From the NCBI GenBank assembly GCA_964291265.2, contig OZ219747.1:1248001-1312000 (forward strand): a DNA stretch of 64,000 nucleotides. The letters run 5' to 3'. Numbering within the stretch: the stretch's first letter is position 1; every line of letters starts with the position of its first letter. Shown in pieces: positions 39,796 through 50,140 of this stretch. The notes under the pieces are model-generated. The model was not told the origin of the DNA. It was given only the letters and a program-made list of their open reading frames with translations, and did not search any database. This DNA is from Alphaproteobacteria bacterium (GTDB lineage: Bacteria > Pseudomonadota > Alphaproteobacteria > SP197). The translations under genes and the position numbers were made by a program.

Positions 39796-40587
39796 ATGAA
39801 GAAGATACGTACGATCCTGGCGGCGGCACTCGCCGTCGTTGCATTCGGCATGGTCAATGTTGCCACCGCGGAAACGCTGCGGGTCGGAATGGAGTGCACC
39901 TACGCACCGTTCAATTTCAAGAACGCCGATGGTGACCTCATGGGCTATGACGTCGATGTTGCCAAGGGTGTCGCCGGCCTTATCGGCGCTGATCTGGAAT
40001 TTGTCTGCCAGCAATGGGACGGCATGATCCCGGCTCTCCTCGCCAACAAGTTCGACTTGATCATCGCGTCCATGTCGATCACCGAGAAACGCCTGGAGAA
40101 AATGGACTTCTCCGACACGTACCGCATTTCCGTTGGCCGTCTGGTGGGGAGAACGGATGCCGGTTGGGAGTTGTTCGACGATGCGGGCAATCCGATCCCC
40201 GAGAACTTCGCCGGCCTCAAGGTGGGGCTTGAACGGGCAACGACCTACGCCGACTGGTTCGAGAACGAGTTGCCGGAAGCTGAAGTGGTTCTCTACGATT
40301 CGAACGAGGCACTGTATCTCGATCTGGTGAATGGCCGAACCGACATGATCATGACCAATCCCATGAAGGCCTACCTCAGATTTCTCAGCCAGGAGGACGG
40401 CGGGAGTTTTGAGTTTGTCAGCCCGCAGATCGACGAGAAGAAGTACTTCGGCATTGGTGTCGGCATTGGACTGCGAAAGGGCAATGACGAATTGAAGGCC
40501 CGCCTGAATGCCGCCATCAGGACGCTGACCGATGACGGTTCACTGGAGAAGTACGCCCTGCAGTACTTCCCCTTCGCCATCCACTGA
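39796..40587 (+). CDS. Polar amino-acid ABC transporter substrate-binding protein
   Basis: Signal peptide, YAPFNF, WDGMIPALLANKFD..SMSIT; AGGAG RBS. Confidence 0.92.
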   Translation: MKKIRTILAAALAVVAFGMVNVATAETLRVGMECTYAPFNFKNADGDLMGYDVDVAKGVAGLIGADLEFVCQQWDGMIPALLANKFDLIIASMSITEKRLEKMDFSDTYRISVGRLVGRTDAGWELFDDAGNPIPENFAGLKVGLERATTYADWFENELPEAEVVLYDSNEALYLDLVNGRTDMIMTNPMKAYLRFLSQEDGGSFEFVSPQIDEKKYFGIGVGIGLRKGNDELKARLNAAIRTLTDDGSLEKYALQYFPFAIH

Positions 40588-40726
40588 CCGGGCGCCCCAA
40601 AGCCCACAGTCAAGAGCAGACGCACAGTCCGCGATGAGGGTCTTGAGAGGCCCCCGTCGCGGACGTTTGTCCGGTGATCTGGCATTCCGCCCGCAATTGC
40701 TGTGCTGTCGCGCCAGATTGGGATAA

Positions 40727-41428
40727 GTGGCAGTGGACGCGCTGGATGGCTGGTGGGATGACTATTTCCGGGGGTCTCTTGTTGTCGTCGAGGTCTTTGT
40801 CGTAGCACTGATCCTGACGATCCTGTTTGGCTTGATTGGCGCGGCTGCGAAACTATCGAGGAATCGTGTCGCCAGGGCTATGGCCAGCGGCTATACGGTC
40901 GTCTTTCGCGGCACACCCGAGATTCTGGTTCTCTTGCTGATTTACTTCGGGTCCGCAGTCACCCTGACAGCCATTGCCCGGATCTTCGATCCCCAGATCA
41001 AGTTCGTCGATCTCCCGCCATTCTGGGCGGGATCGTTTGCCATCGCACTGATCGTCGGCTCCTACGCGACGGAGACCTTCCGCGGCGCCTTCCTCGGTGT
41101 CGCAACGGGACAGATCGAGGCTGCCCGGGCGCTCGGTCTCTCGACCCTGCAGACATTCGTCCATGTGCGTATTCCGGCGATGTGGCGGCTCGCGCTGCCG
41201 CCTTTCGGCAATCACATGCTCTCGCTGATCAAGGATACGGCGCTGATCGCCATCATCGGCCTGGAGGAAACGCTGTTTGTCGCCGCCCAGGCAATTGGCA
41301 CCACGAACAGGCCGTTTACCATGTATATTGTCGTTGGCGCGATCTATCTGGGGCTGTCGACGATCATCACCCTCGCCGTCATGGTTCTGGAAAAATACGC
41401 CAATCGGCATCTGGAGGTCGCGCGATGA
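40727..41428 (+). CDS. Polar amino-acid ABC permease (HisQ-like)
   Basis: FRGTPEI, GQIEAARALG, LIKDTAL. Confidence 0.92.
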   Translation: MAVDALDGWWDDYFRGSLVVVEVFVVALILTILFGLIGAAAKLSRNRVARAMASGYTVVFRGTPEILVLLLIYFGSAVTLTAIARIFDPQIKFVDLPPFWAGSFAIALIVGSYATETFRGAFLGVATGQIEAARALGLSTLQTFVHVRIPAMWRLALPPFGNHMLSLIKDTALIAIIGLEETLFVAAQAIGTTNRPFTMYIVVGAIYLGLSTIITLAVMVLEKYANRHLEVAR

Positions 41429-42120
41429 GCTTCGACATGGCGCTGATCCTGGACAGCATTCCCAGGATGCTCATGGGAATTGGGCTGACGCTTCAGTTGC
41501 TCTTCCTGTCGGCGGCGCTGGGCCTGACCTTCGCCGTCATCCTGTTGTTGATGCGAATCAGCGGCCGGTGGTATCTCGCGGTCCCGACAATGGCCTATAT
41601 CTACATCTTTCGCGGTACTCCCATACTGGTGCAGATTTTCATCATCTACTATGGTCTGCCGCAGCTGGAGTTCGTGCGCCACAGCATTGTCTGGCCGATC
41701 CTGCGGGAACCCTTCGGCTGCGCAATTCTCGCCCTGACACTCAATACCGCCGCCTACGTTTCGGAAATCCTGCGTGGCGGAGTGCTGGGCGTGGACCGCG
41801 GCCTGCAGGAAGCCGGTGCGGCACTGGGGCTCGGCACACGGCATCGATTCATCTACATCACGACTCCCATCGCCATCCGCCTGGCGCTTCCGGCCTACAG
41901 CAATGACGTCATCAGCCTGATGAAAAGTACGGCCCTGGCCAGCACGATCACGCTCCTGGACATGACGGGTATCGCGCGAACCATCGTGGCCGAAACCTAC
42001 GCGCCGTATGAGATTTTCATTTCGCTGATGGTCATCTATCTGATCCTGACGTGGATGATTCAGAGAGGTTTCGGCTGGGTGGAGAAGTGCATGAGCCGGT
42101 ATGTGAGAGAGGGGGTGTGA
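41425..42120 (+). CDS. Polar amino-acid ABC permease (HisM-like)
   Basis: FRGTPILVQIFIIYYGL, LNTAAY, LPAYSND; ATGA overlap. Confidence 0.92.
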   Translation: MSFDMALILDSIPRMLMGIGLTLQLLFLSAALGLTFAVILLLMRISGRWYLAVPTMAYIYIFRGTPILVQIFIIYYGLPQLEFVRHSIVWPILREPFGCAILALTLNTAAYVSEILRGGVLGVDRGLQEAGAALGLGTRHRFIYITTPIAIRLALPAYSNDVISLMKSTALASTITLLDMTGIARTIVAETYAPYEIFISLMVIYLILTWMIQRGFGWVEKCMSRYVREGV

Positions 42121-42121
42121 C

Positions 42122-42874
42122 ATGAACGACAGCACCCCAGTCGACATCATTCAACTCAGGAACGTCAGCAAGTTCTTTGGTACGTTCCAGGCGCTCAAGG
42201 ACGTCAATCTGTCGGTCAGGAAGGGGGAGCGCGTTGTCGTTTGTGGTCCTTCCGGGTCAGGCAAGTCGACGCTGATTCGGTGCATCAACCGGCTCGAGAA
42301 ACACGACAGCGGCACGATCACCGTCAATGGCCTCGAGTTGACCGGTGACGTCAGCAACATGGATGCCGTACGCCGCGATGTCGGCATGGTGTTTCAGGAC
42401 TTCAACCTGTTTCCCCACATGACGGTGGTCAAGAATCTCATGCTGGCGCCCAAGCTGGTGCGCAGGTTCTCGAGGTCGCAGGCCCATGACATCGCCATGC
42501 GCTACCTTGAAAGGGTCAAGATCCCGGAGCAGGCCGACAAGTATCCCAGCCAACTCTCCGGTGGACAGCAGCAACGTGTGGCAATCGCCCGTGCACTGTG
42601 CATGGAACCCATGATCATGCTGTTCGACGAACCGACCTCGGCGCTCGATCCGGAGATGATCGCCGAAGTCCTCGACGTCATGACGGCTCTGGCGCGCGAC
42701 GGCATGACCATGATCTGCGTCACCCACGAGATGGGGTTTGCCCGTTCGGTGGCCGACAAGGTCGTTTTCATGGACGAGGGCGAGATCGTCGAAATGAATC
42801 CGCCCGGGGAGTTCTTCGACAAGCCGAGGAGCGAACGCACCAGGCTGTTTCTCAGCCAGGTCCTGTCATACTGA
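42122..42874 (+). CDS. Amino-acid ABC transporter ATP-binding protein
   Basis: GPSGSGKS, LSGGQQQRVAIARAL, FDEPTSALDPE. Confidence 0.95.
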   Translation: MNDSTPVDIIQLRNVSKFFGTFQALKDVNLSVRKGERVVVCGPSGSGKSTLIRCINRLEKHDSGTITVNGLELTGDVSNMDAVRRDVGMVFQDFNLFPHMTVVKNLMLAPKLVRRFSRSQAHDIAMRYLERVKIPEQADKYPSQLSGGQQQRVAIARALCMEPMIMLFDEPTSALDPEMIAEVLDVMTALARDGMTMICVTHEMGFARSVADKVVFMDEGEIVEMNPPGEFFDKPRSERTRLFLSQVLSY

Positions 42875-42884
42875 AGCCGGCGGC

Positions 42885-43667
42885 GTGGACCAGGCCCTCA
42901 TCGATGAACTTGCCGAGTTCGCCGGCCGGCTGGCCGATGCGGGTGGCCCGGTCATCCGCAGGGCGCATCAAGGAGGCTTCTCGACCGAAGCGAAGGCCGA
43001 TGGCAGCCCGGTGACCGATGTCGATCGTGCTGTCGAGGACCGGTTGCGCGCGATGATCGCGATGTTCTGTCCGGATCACGGCATCGTCGGCGAGGAACGC
43101 GGCGCCACAGCGGCTGACGATGGTCCGGTCTGGGTGATCGACCCGATCGACGGTACGCTGCCCTTCCTCGCCGGCATCCCGGTGTTCGGTACGCTGATCG
43201 CCCTGCTTGAGGACGGTGTGCCGCTGATCGGCGTGATCGACATGCCGGCGACCGAGGAACGTTGGCTCGGTTGTCGGTCCCGTCCGACGACACGCAATGG
43301 CGTGACGGTCAGTGTGCGTCCCTGCGGCGGCCTCGCCGACGCGCTGATGTCGACCAGCAATCCGGATTTCTACGGCGCCGACGACGGCGTCGCCTTCGCA
43401 CGACTCAAGGCGGCGGTACGCTGGACGGTCTACGGCGGCAGCTGCCTTGCCTATGCCCAGCTCGCCTCGGGACGTACCGACCTCGGCATCGACGTCGCGC
43501 TCGACCCTTTCGACTACCTTGCGCTGGTGCCCGTCATAGAGGGGGCCGGAGGCGTCATCAGCGATTGGCGGGGCGCGCCGCTGACCATGGCCTCCGGCAG
43601 CCGCATCCTCGCTGCCGGCGATGCGCGAAGACATGCCGAGGCCTTGGCGATCCTGGCGGGTGCCTGA
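42885..43667 (+). CDS. Inositol monophosphatase family protein (HisN-like histidinol phosphatase)
   Basis: KADGSPVT, WVIDPIDGT, FGTLIAL, ISDWRG. Confidence 0.85.
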   Translation: MDQALIDELAEFAGRLADAGGPVIRRAHQGGFSTEAKADGSPVTDVDRAVEDRLRAMIAMFCPDHGIVGEERGATAADDGPVWVIDPIDGTLPFLAGIPVFGTLIALLEDGVPLIGVIDMPATEERWLGCRSRPTTRNGVTVSVRPCGGLADALMSTSNPDFYGADDGVAFARLKAAVRWTVYGGSCLAYAQLASGRTDLGIDVALDPFDYLALVPVIEGAGGVISDWRGAPLTMASGSRILAAGDARRHAEALAILAGA

Positions 43668-44304
43668 GGCGCCTGTCGTGACGGTGCCTTGCCCGTGGGC
43701 ATGGAGCCGGCTGACACGATTCATCGCCCGTGGTACCGGTCCGGTCCAACACTCAGGGAAGATCGCCGCCGCGCATTCGATCACGGTCTGCCGTGTCTCC
43801 GCAGGGGGGCTGGCAGCGCTTGTTCGAGCCTGTTGCCGCGGGCCGTCCCGCGAGGTCTTCGAGCGTGAACCCGTGCGTCACGACCACGCGTTGGTTCAGG
43901 GGACATCGACAAGGCCTCCTTCGGCGCGCACATCGTGCCGGAGGCGGTCGAGCGCCTCATTCGACAGGTAAAGTACCCGGAACATGCATCGGCCCCTTCT
44001 GAGCAGCTCATGAGGTGTCCGGCGTACGGGTCATGACAGCCGTGCAGTCGGGCTCATGGCGCCTGCCTTCACGGTCGTCCGGTGAGGAATTCGGACTTCC
44101 CTACATGGCCTGAGGGCATCGCCCCGTCGTTGAGCGAGGCGGCCCTTCGGCATGGCGTTCTCCCCTGATCCTGTTGTACAGGGGGGGAGGAAACGATGTG
44201 CACCCGCTCGCTCGGCGAAAGCACTTGCGAGAGAGAGTATGCTGATTCAGCGTGTCGATGTTCCGGTGTCACGCCGCCAGCTTCGTCAGAGGGAGAATGG
44301 ACCC

Positions 44305-46389
44305 ATGCTGCCCGAACCGGTCCGCAAGGGATACAGCGTCTGCCCGCACGACTGCCCGTCGACCTGTGCCCTTGAGGTCGACCTTCTCGCGGCGGACCGG
44401 ATCGGCAGGGTGAGGGGGGCGAAGGACAACAGCTACACTGCCGGTGTCGTCTGCGCCAAGGTGGCGCGCTACGCAGAGAGGATCCATCATCCGCAACGCC
44501 TGACGACGCCATTGCGCCGCGTCGGGGACAAGGGGTCGACGGACTTTGTTCCCGTCACCTGGGATGAAGCGATGGACGAGGTTGCGACCCGTTTCGCCGA
44601 GGCGGAAGCCTGCCATGGCGCCGAAACGGTCTGGCCATACTACTATGCCGGCACCATGGGCCTCGTGATGCGTGACGGCATCAACCGGCTGCGCCATGTC
44701 AAGCGCTACAGCGGACAGCACAACACCATCTGCACCACACTGGCCTGGGCCGGCTACATGGCCGGTACCGGAGCGCTCATGGGCCCCGACCCCCGCGAGA
44801 TGGCGAAAGCCGACTGTGTTGTCATCTGGGGCACCAATCCTGTCAACACGCAGGTCAACGTCATGACCCACGCGATGCGCGCACGCAGGGAACGCGGCGC
44901 AACCATCGTGGTCGTCGACACCTACCGTACCGGCACGGCCGACAAGGCGGACCTCTTCCTGTGCGTGAAACCCGGAACGGACGCAGCCCTGGCCTGTGGC
45001 GTCATGCATGTCCTCTTCCGCGACGACTTGGCCAACCGCCCATGGATGGATCGGTACACCGATGATCCGGCAGGCCTCGAGAAGCACCTCGAGACCCGAA
45101 CCCCCGAGTGGGCCGAAGCGATCTGCGGCGTGCCCGCTGACAGGATCGAGACCCTTGCCCGGCTGGTGGGCCGAACACCCAGGACCTACCTGCGCCTGGG
45201 TTACGGATTCTGTCGCGGCCGCAACGGTGCCGTCTCCATGCATGCCGCCAGCTGCATCGCCTCGGTGACCGGTTCGTGGCGTCACGAAGGTGGTGGCGCC
45301 TTTCACAACAACGGCCAGATCTACCGCTGGGACCGCACGATGATCGAAGGTATCGACCGGAGGGATGCGTCGGTTCGCGTCTTCGACCAGTCGCGCATCG
45401 GTCCGGTCCTCGTCGGTGACAGGCGCGATCTCGGTGAGGGTCCTCCAGTGACCGCCATGCTGATCCAGAACACCAACCCGATGGTGGTGGCTCCCGATCT
45501 CGGCCTCGTGCACCGGGGATTTGCCCGGGACGACCTGTTCTGCTGCGTGCACGAGCAGTTCATGACGGAAACGGCCAGGATGGCCGATATCGTGTTGCCC
45601 GCCACGATGTTCCTCGAACACGACGACATCTACCAGGGGGGCGGACATCAGCACATCATGTGGGGGCCCAAGCTGGTTTCGCCCCCGGAAGAGTGTCGCA
45701 GCAACCACGACGTCATCTGCGATCTCGCCCGCCGCCTCGGGGTGGCGGACGAGCATCCCGGGTTCTCCATGACACCCGTCGAACTGGCCGATCACCTGAT
45801 GCAGGCATCGGGTTGGGGACCACTGGACAGTCTCGTTGCCAGGAGATGGATGGACGTTCAGCCCGACTTCGAGAAGGCGCATTTCATCAAGGGATTCGGT
45901 CACGCCGACGGTCGTTTCCGCTTCCGTGCGGACTGGTCGCACCGGCACAATGTCTTCGCGCCGCAAGGCGTGCCGCAGACCATGCCGCGGTTTCCCGATT
46001 TCTGGGATGTCATCGACACACGCCATCCCCTGCGACTCGTGACGGCGCCGGCGCGCCACTACCTCAACTCGAGTTTCACCGAAACGCCGACATCCATCCG
46101 GCACGAGAAGGCGCCCACGGCCCAGGTGCATCCCGACGATGCCCGCCCCCTCGGCATCACGGATGGCTCACGGGTGCGCCTGGGCAACGAGAAGGGCAGC
46201 GTCGTGCTGCGGGCCCGTGTCACGGGCGATCAGCTGGCCGGCACGGTCGTCGTCGAGAGCGTCTGGCCCAACAGCGCGTTCGACGAAGGGGTGGGCATCA
46301 ATCTCCTGGTGTCGGCGGAACCCGGCGCCCCGATCGGTGGCGGTCTCTTCCACGATACCTCGGTGTGGCTCGAACGTCAGTCCGACTGA
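44305..46389 (+). CDS. Molybdopterin-dependent oxidoreductase
   Basis: CPHDCPSTC..CAKV Fe-S motif, MTETARMADIVLPA, C-terminal dinucleotide-binding domain. Confidence 0.9.
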   Translation: MLPEPVRKGYSVCPHDCPSTCALEVDLLAADRIGRVRGAKDNSYTAGVVCAKVARYAERIHHPQRLTTPLRRVGDKGSTDFVPVTWDEAMDEVATRFAEAEACHGAETVWPYYYAGTMGLVMRDGINRLRHVKRYSGQHNTICTTLAWAGYMAGTGALMGPDPREMAKADCVVIWGTNPVNTQVNVMTHAMRARRERGATIVVVDTYRTGTADKADLFLCVKPGTDAALACGVMHVLFRDDLANRPWMDRYTDDPAGLEKHLETRTPEWAEAICGVPADRIETLARLVGRTPRTYLRLGYGFCRGRNGAVSMHAASCIASVTGSWRHEGGGAFHNNGQIYRWDRTMIEGIDRRDASVRVFDQSRIGPVLVGDRRDLGEGPPVTAMLIQNTNPMVVAPDLGLVHRGFARDDLFCCVHEQFMTETARMADIVLPATMFLEHDDIYQGGGHQHIMWGPKLVSPPEECRSNHDVICDLARRLGVADEHPGFSMTPVELADHLMQASGWGPLDSLVARRWMDVQPDFEKAHFIKGFGHADGRFRFRADWSHRHNVFAPQGVPQTMPRFPDFWDVIDTRHPLRLVTAPARHYLNSSFTETPTSIRHEKAPTAQVHPDDARPLGITDGSRVRLGNEKGSVVLRARVTGDQLAGTVVVESVWPNSAFDEGVGINLLVSAEPGAPIGGGLFHDTSVWLERQSD

Positions 46390-46619
46390 GACCATGTCAG
46401 CACGCCGCATCCCTGTTGCCCCTCTCTCAACAAACGCCTTCTGACAGACACATGAAGGAATGAAGCACCGGCGCGTGACGGCCTCTTCATCACCGGGAAC
46501 GCTCCCGGAGGCCTGGATCCGTGGTTCCACATGTTCCTTGAATGTTCTCATATCGAGATGCCGCCATGGAGAACGGACTCAGATTCCGTCACGAGACTCA
46601 CTCGCACCGCGCCCGTCCC

Positions 46620-46706
46620 ATGAAACGCAAGGCGTGCATCGAGACATCGGTCATCAGCTGTCCGACGGAACGGCCGTCGCCGGACCTTGTCACAGCCGCT
46701 TGCCCG
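46620..46706 (+). pseudogene. Truncated PIN-domain-like N-terminus
   Basis: MKRKACIETSVISCPTERPSPDLVTAA resembles the recalled PIN-like N-terminus K-V-Y-I-E-T-S-V-I-S-Y-L-T-x-R-P-S-R-D-L; no continuation. Confidence 0.4.
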
Positions 46707-46938
46707 TGCCCTGTCCCGTCAGCACGTGTCGTTGTTGGCGAAGATGGAATCGGCTTCTGCGACACAGACGTTGTCGTTCTCGATCGTGCTGTCCTGCTGG
46801 GGCACCTTGTTGAACGACCCGCGCCCGGTGGCGTGTTGGCTGATGTGGAGACGTTCGTCGCGATGGCTCGCTTTCCGGGTGAAGGGGGCGTCGCGAGGGC
46901 CACCGCCGCTTTGACGGCTGGCCCAAGCCCGCCTCGAG

Positions 46939-47571
46939 TCAGCGCCAGGCGAAGACCGGCTGCTCGAGATGATCGACCCGGGTTGCCCGCCCGCTCAGCG
47001 CCACTTCGCGAAACTGGTAGATCACGGCAGCGGTCGGGGCGTGGATCCTGCTTCCGGCGATCGGCATGCGGATCACCGGGCGGTCACTCTCGGGTATGGT
47101 GACGAACTCCGGGGACCCTGGTCTGTAGAGGCAGGTGAAGGGAATACGGTGGACGGCTTCGACCTCTTGCGGATTGGCCTTCAACTCGACCTTGCCCCCG
47201 CCCCAGATGACAACCGGCGTGATGAGGTAGCCTGACCGTGTCGGATAATCGTCGAGTCGTCCCAGCACGGCGCTCTTGTCGAGATCGAGGCCCACCTCCT
47301 CGGCGAGTTCCCGCAGTGCCGCCTCCTCGGGCGTCTCGCCGGGATCGAGACGGCCTCCGGGAAGTGCCCACTGTCCGGCATGGTGGTTCATGCGCGCCGA
47401 CCGGCGCGTCAGGATGAAGGCGCCCCGGTCCTCGCGGTCGGAGACGACGGTCATGCTCACGGCAGCGCTCTTGCGTCCTTCAGGGGCGATCTGCCGTGTC
47501 TCGAATTCGCCAAGATGGCGCATCATGCGCTCCTTGAGGGCAGGGCCGTTGACGAGACTGTCCGCGTTCAT
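46939..47571 (-). CDS. Nudix CoA pyrophosphatase
   Basis: HAGQWALPGGRLDPGETPEEAALRELAEEVG. Confidence 0.88.
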   Translation of the reverse strand: MNADSLVNGPALKERMMRHLGEFETRQIAPEGRKSAAVSMTVVSDREDRGAFILTRRSARMNHHAGQWALPGGRLDPGETPEEAALRELAEEVGLDLDKSAVLGRLDDYPTRSGYLITPVVIWGGGKVELKANPQEVEAVHRIPFTCLYRPGSPEFVTIPESDRPVIRMPIAGSRIHAPTAAVIYQFREVALSGRATRVDHLEQPVFAWR

Positions 47572-47701
47572 GGCAAGGTTCTCCCCCGGTGTCCCGGAAC
47601 CAGGGCGTGGACTGTGACCGGCCGGCGAAGGGGCGTCAACGCGCCCCTTGCGCCCGGGCCATCTGTCCGGCAGAAGGTGACGGACGATCCGGCAGGGACA
47701 G

Positions 47702-48799
47702 GTGATGACGATTCCCTCGAACATGGCAGCCGTCCTGCTGACCGGGCACGGCGGGCTGGACATGCTGGAGTACCGGGAGGACGTACCTCGCCCCGATCCC
47801 GCACGGGGCGAGGTGCTGATCAGGGTTGCCGCAGCGGGAATCAACAACACGGATATCAACACGCGGATCGGCTGGTACTCGAAGAAGGTGACCGGCGGCA
47901 CCTCTGAAGGAGCGGCGTCGATTGACGTGTCCGACGCGTCATGGTCCGGCGTGGCGATGACATTTCCGAGGATCCAGGGAGCCGACTGCTGCGGCAGGAT
48001 CGTCGCCATCGGCGAGGGTGTCGATCCTGCACGCATGGGCGAGCGCGTCATTGTCCGCAGCGTGATGCGGGCACCCCTTGCCTCGAGCCCGTTCGAGTGC
48101 TGGACCTTCGGTTCCGAGTGCGACGGGGCCTTCGCCCAGTTCGCGGTGGCGCCGTCTGCCGAAACCTATGCCGTGACGAGCGACTGGACGGACATCGAAC
48201 TGGCCTCCATTCCCTGTGCCTGGTCGACCGCCGAGAACATGCTGGAGAGGGCGGGTGTGGGGGCGGAGCGAATTCTCGTGACCGGTGCCTCCGGCGGTGT
48301 CGGGTCGGCGGCAGTGCAGTTGGCCCGGTACCGGGGAGCCACGGTCATCGCCGTGGCCGGCGCGGCCAAGGCGGAAGGCGTCCGGGCGCTCGGAGCCAGC
48401 GAGGTGATCGACCGCGATGCGGACCCCGTTGTCGCGCTCGGACAGGAATCGGTCGAGGCGGTCATCGACGTCGTGGGTGGAGCGACATGGCCGCGTTTTC
48501 TCGACATCCTGAAACGCGGCGGCCGTTACGCCACATCCGGCGCCATCAGCGCCCCGCTGGTCGAACTCGACCTGCGGACACTCTATCTCAAGGACCTGAC
48601 GCTGATAGGCTGTACGGCCCAGCAGGAAATCGTCTTCGACAACCTGGTGCGTGCCGTCGAAGGAGGTTCGGTCCGCCCCCTGGTGGCCGCCACCTTTCCG
48701 CTCAACGAGATCAGGCAGGCGCAACGCGCCTTCGCGGCCAAGACCCACGTCGGCAAGATCGTCCTCGTCCCGCCTCCCGTGGAGGGAGAGCCCCCGTGA
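47702..48799 (+). CDS. MDR-family alcohol dehydrogenase / quinone oxidoreductase
   Basis: INNTDINTR, IQGADCCG, VTGASGGVG, GKIVL. Confidence 0.9.
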   Translation: MMTIPSNMAAVLLTGHGGLDMLEYREDVPRPDPARGEVLIRVAAAGINNTDINTRIGWYSKKVTGGTSEGAASIDVSDASWSGVAMTFPRIQGADCCGRIVAIGEGVDPARMGERVIVRSVMRAPLASSPFECWTFGSECDGAFAQFAVAPSAETYAVTSDWTDIELASIPCAWSTAENMLERAGVGAERILVTGASGGVGSAAVQLARYRGATVIAVAGAAKAEGVRALGASEVIDRDADPVVALGQESVEAVIDVVGGATWPRFLDILKRGGRYATSGAISAPLVELDLRTLYLKDLTLIGCTAQQEIVFDNLVRAVEGGSVRPLVAATFPLNEIRQAQRAFAAKTHVGKIVLVPPPVEGEPP

Positions 48800-48836
48800 T
48801 GCGGGAACGTGCGACGGTGTCGGGAGAAACGTGACC

Positions 48837-50066
48837 ATGCCCGTGATCGATGGCGACAGACTGATGCGCGATCTCGAGACGCTTCGCACGTTCGGCCGGT
48901 GCGGCAGCGGCGTGGTTCGCCAGTCCCTGAGCGAGACCGACATGGAGTCCCGCCGCTGGCTGGTGGAGCGCATGGCGGATGCGGGGCTCGACGCCGGGAT
49001 CGACGGCATCGGTACGGTCTTCGGCCGCTCGCGCAAGCCCGGCAGGGCGCTGCTCGTCGGCTCCCACACCGATACCCAGCCCACGGGGGGCTGGCTCGAC
49101 GGCGCCCTGGGCGTCATGTATGGCCTTGAAACGGTGCGCGCCTTCGCCGAGTCCCGCGAAACCCGGGACCTTGCCGTCGATGTCGCTTCCTGGATCGACG
49201 AGGAAGGAACCTTCTTCGGTTTGCTGGGAAGCAAGATGTTCTGTGGTCTCGTCGGAGAGGGCGACCTTGACGGGGCAAGCAATGCCGACGGGGTGAGCCT
49301 GCGTGCAGCGCTGCGCGATGCCGGTCTTGAGGGGCGCCTCCTTGAACGCCGTGTACCCGACCGGTACCGGGCCTACATGGAAGCCCACATCGAGCAGGGG
49401 CCGTGGCTCGAGGAAGAGAAGAGGCGCATCGGCGTGGTCACGGGCATCGTCGGTATCAGGGACGTGTCGGTCCGCTTCGAGGGCCAGCAAAACCACGCCG
49501 GTACGACCCCGATGGCCCGGCGCCGGGACGCCGGCGTGGCGCTTGTGGCCTTCGCCGCGCGTGTTCACGAGGTGTTTGCCGCACATGCCGGACCACGTTC
49601 CGTGTGGACCATCGGCACCATTCGCCTCGAGCCGGGTGCAGCCAGCATCATTCCGGGGCGCGCCTGGCTCTCCCTGCAGTATCGCGACGCCGATGAGGCG
49701 CGAATGGACCGTTTCGAAGGCCTTGTCCGGGACCTCGTCCGCGAGAGCAATGCATGTGGTCCGGTGGCCGTGTCGATGGAAGCGACGAAGGATCGGACCG
49801 CCGCTGCCCTCATGGATGCGAGCCTGCAGCGACACCTCGAGGCGGCGGCCGAGTGTCACGCTCCGGGAGCATGGATGTCCATGCCGAGCGCAGCGGTGCA
49901 TGACGCTCAGAACCTTGCCCAGGTCATGCCCAGCGCCATGCTGTTCGTGCCAAGCCAGGGCGGCATCAGCCACGCCTTCGAGGAAGACACGTCACGGGAG
50001 GACATTGTCCTCGGGTGCCGGGTCTTCGCCGACGCCGTCGCCTCGGTTCTCCTCGAGGGACGATAG
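48837..50066 (+). CDS. M20 Zn-dependent amidohydrolase (N-carbamoyl-amino-acid/allantoate type)
   Basis: GSHTDTQPTGGWLDGALG, DEEG, EAHIEQG, NHAGTTPM, GISH. Confidence 0.9.
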   Translation: MPVIDGDRLMRDLETLRTFGRCGSGVVRQSLSETDMESRRWLVERMADAGLDAGIDGIGTVFGRSRKPGRALLVGSHTDTQPTGGWLDGALGVMYGLETVRAFAESRETRDLAVDVASWIDEEGTFFGLLGSKMFCGLVGEGDLDGASNADGVSLRAALRDAGLEGRLLERRVPDRYRAYMEAHIEQGPWLEEEKRRIGVVTGIVGIRDVSVRFEGQQNHAGTTPMARRRDAGVALVAFAARVHEVFAAHAGPRSVWTIGTIRLEPGAASIIPGRAWLSLQYRDADEARMDRFEGLVRDLVRESNACGPVAVSMEATKDRTAAALMDASLQRHLEAAAECHAPGAWMSMPSAAVHDAQNLAQVMPSAMLFVPSQGGISHAFEEDTSREDIVLGCRVFADAVASVLLEGR

Positions 50067-50140
50067 AGCCGGGGCAATGTCGTGCAACGGCGCCCCTCGT
50101 CGTGCATGATGTTCGCTCGATGCATGAAAGGGATCCGCCC

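Noticed and set aside
43670-44300. Intergenic ORFs or ncRNA before the molybdopterin oxidoreductase
   Set aside because: No recognisable motif or convincing structure
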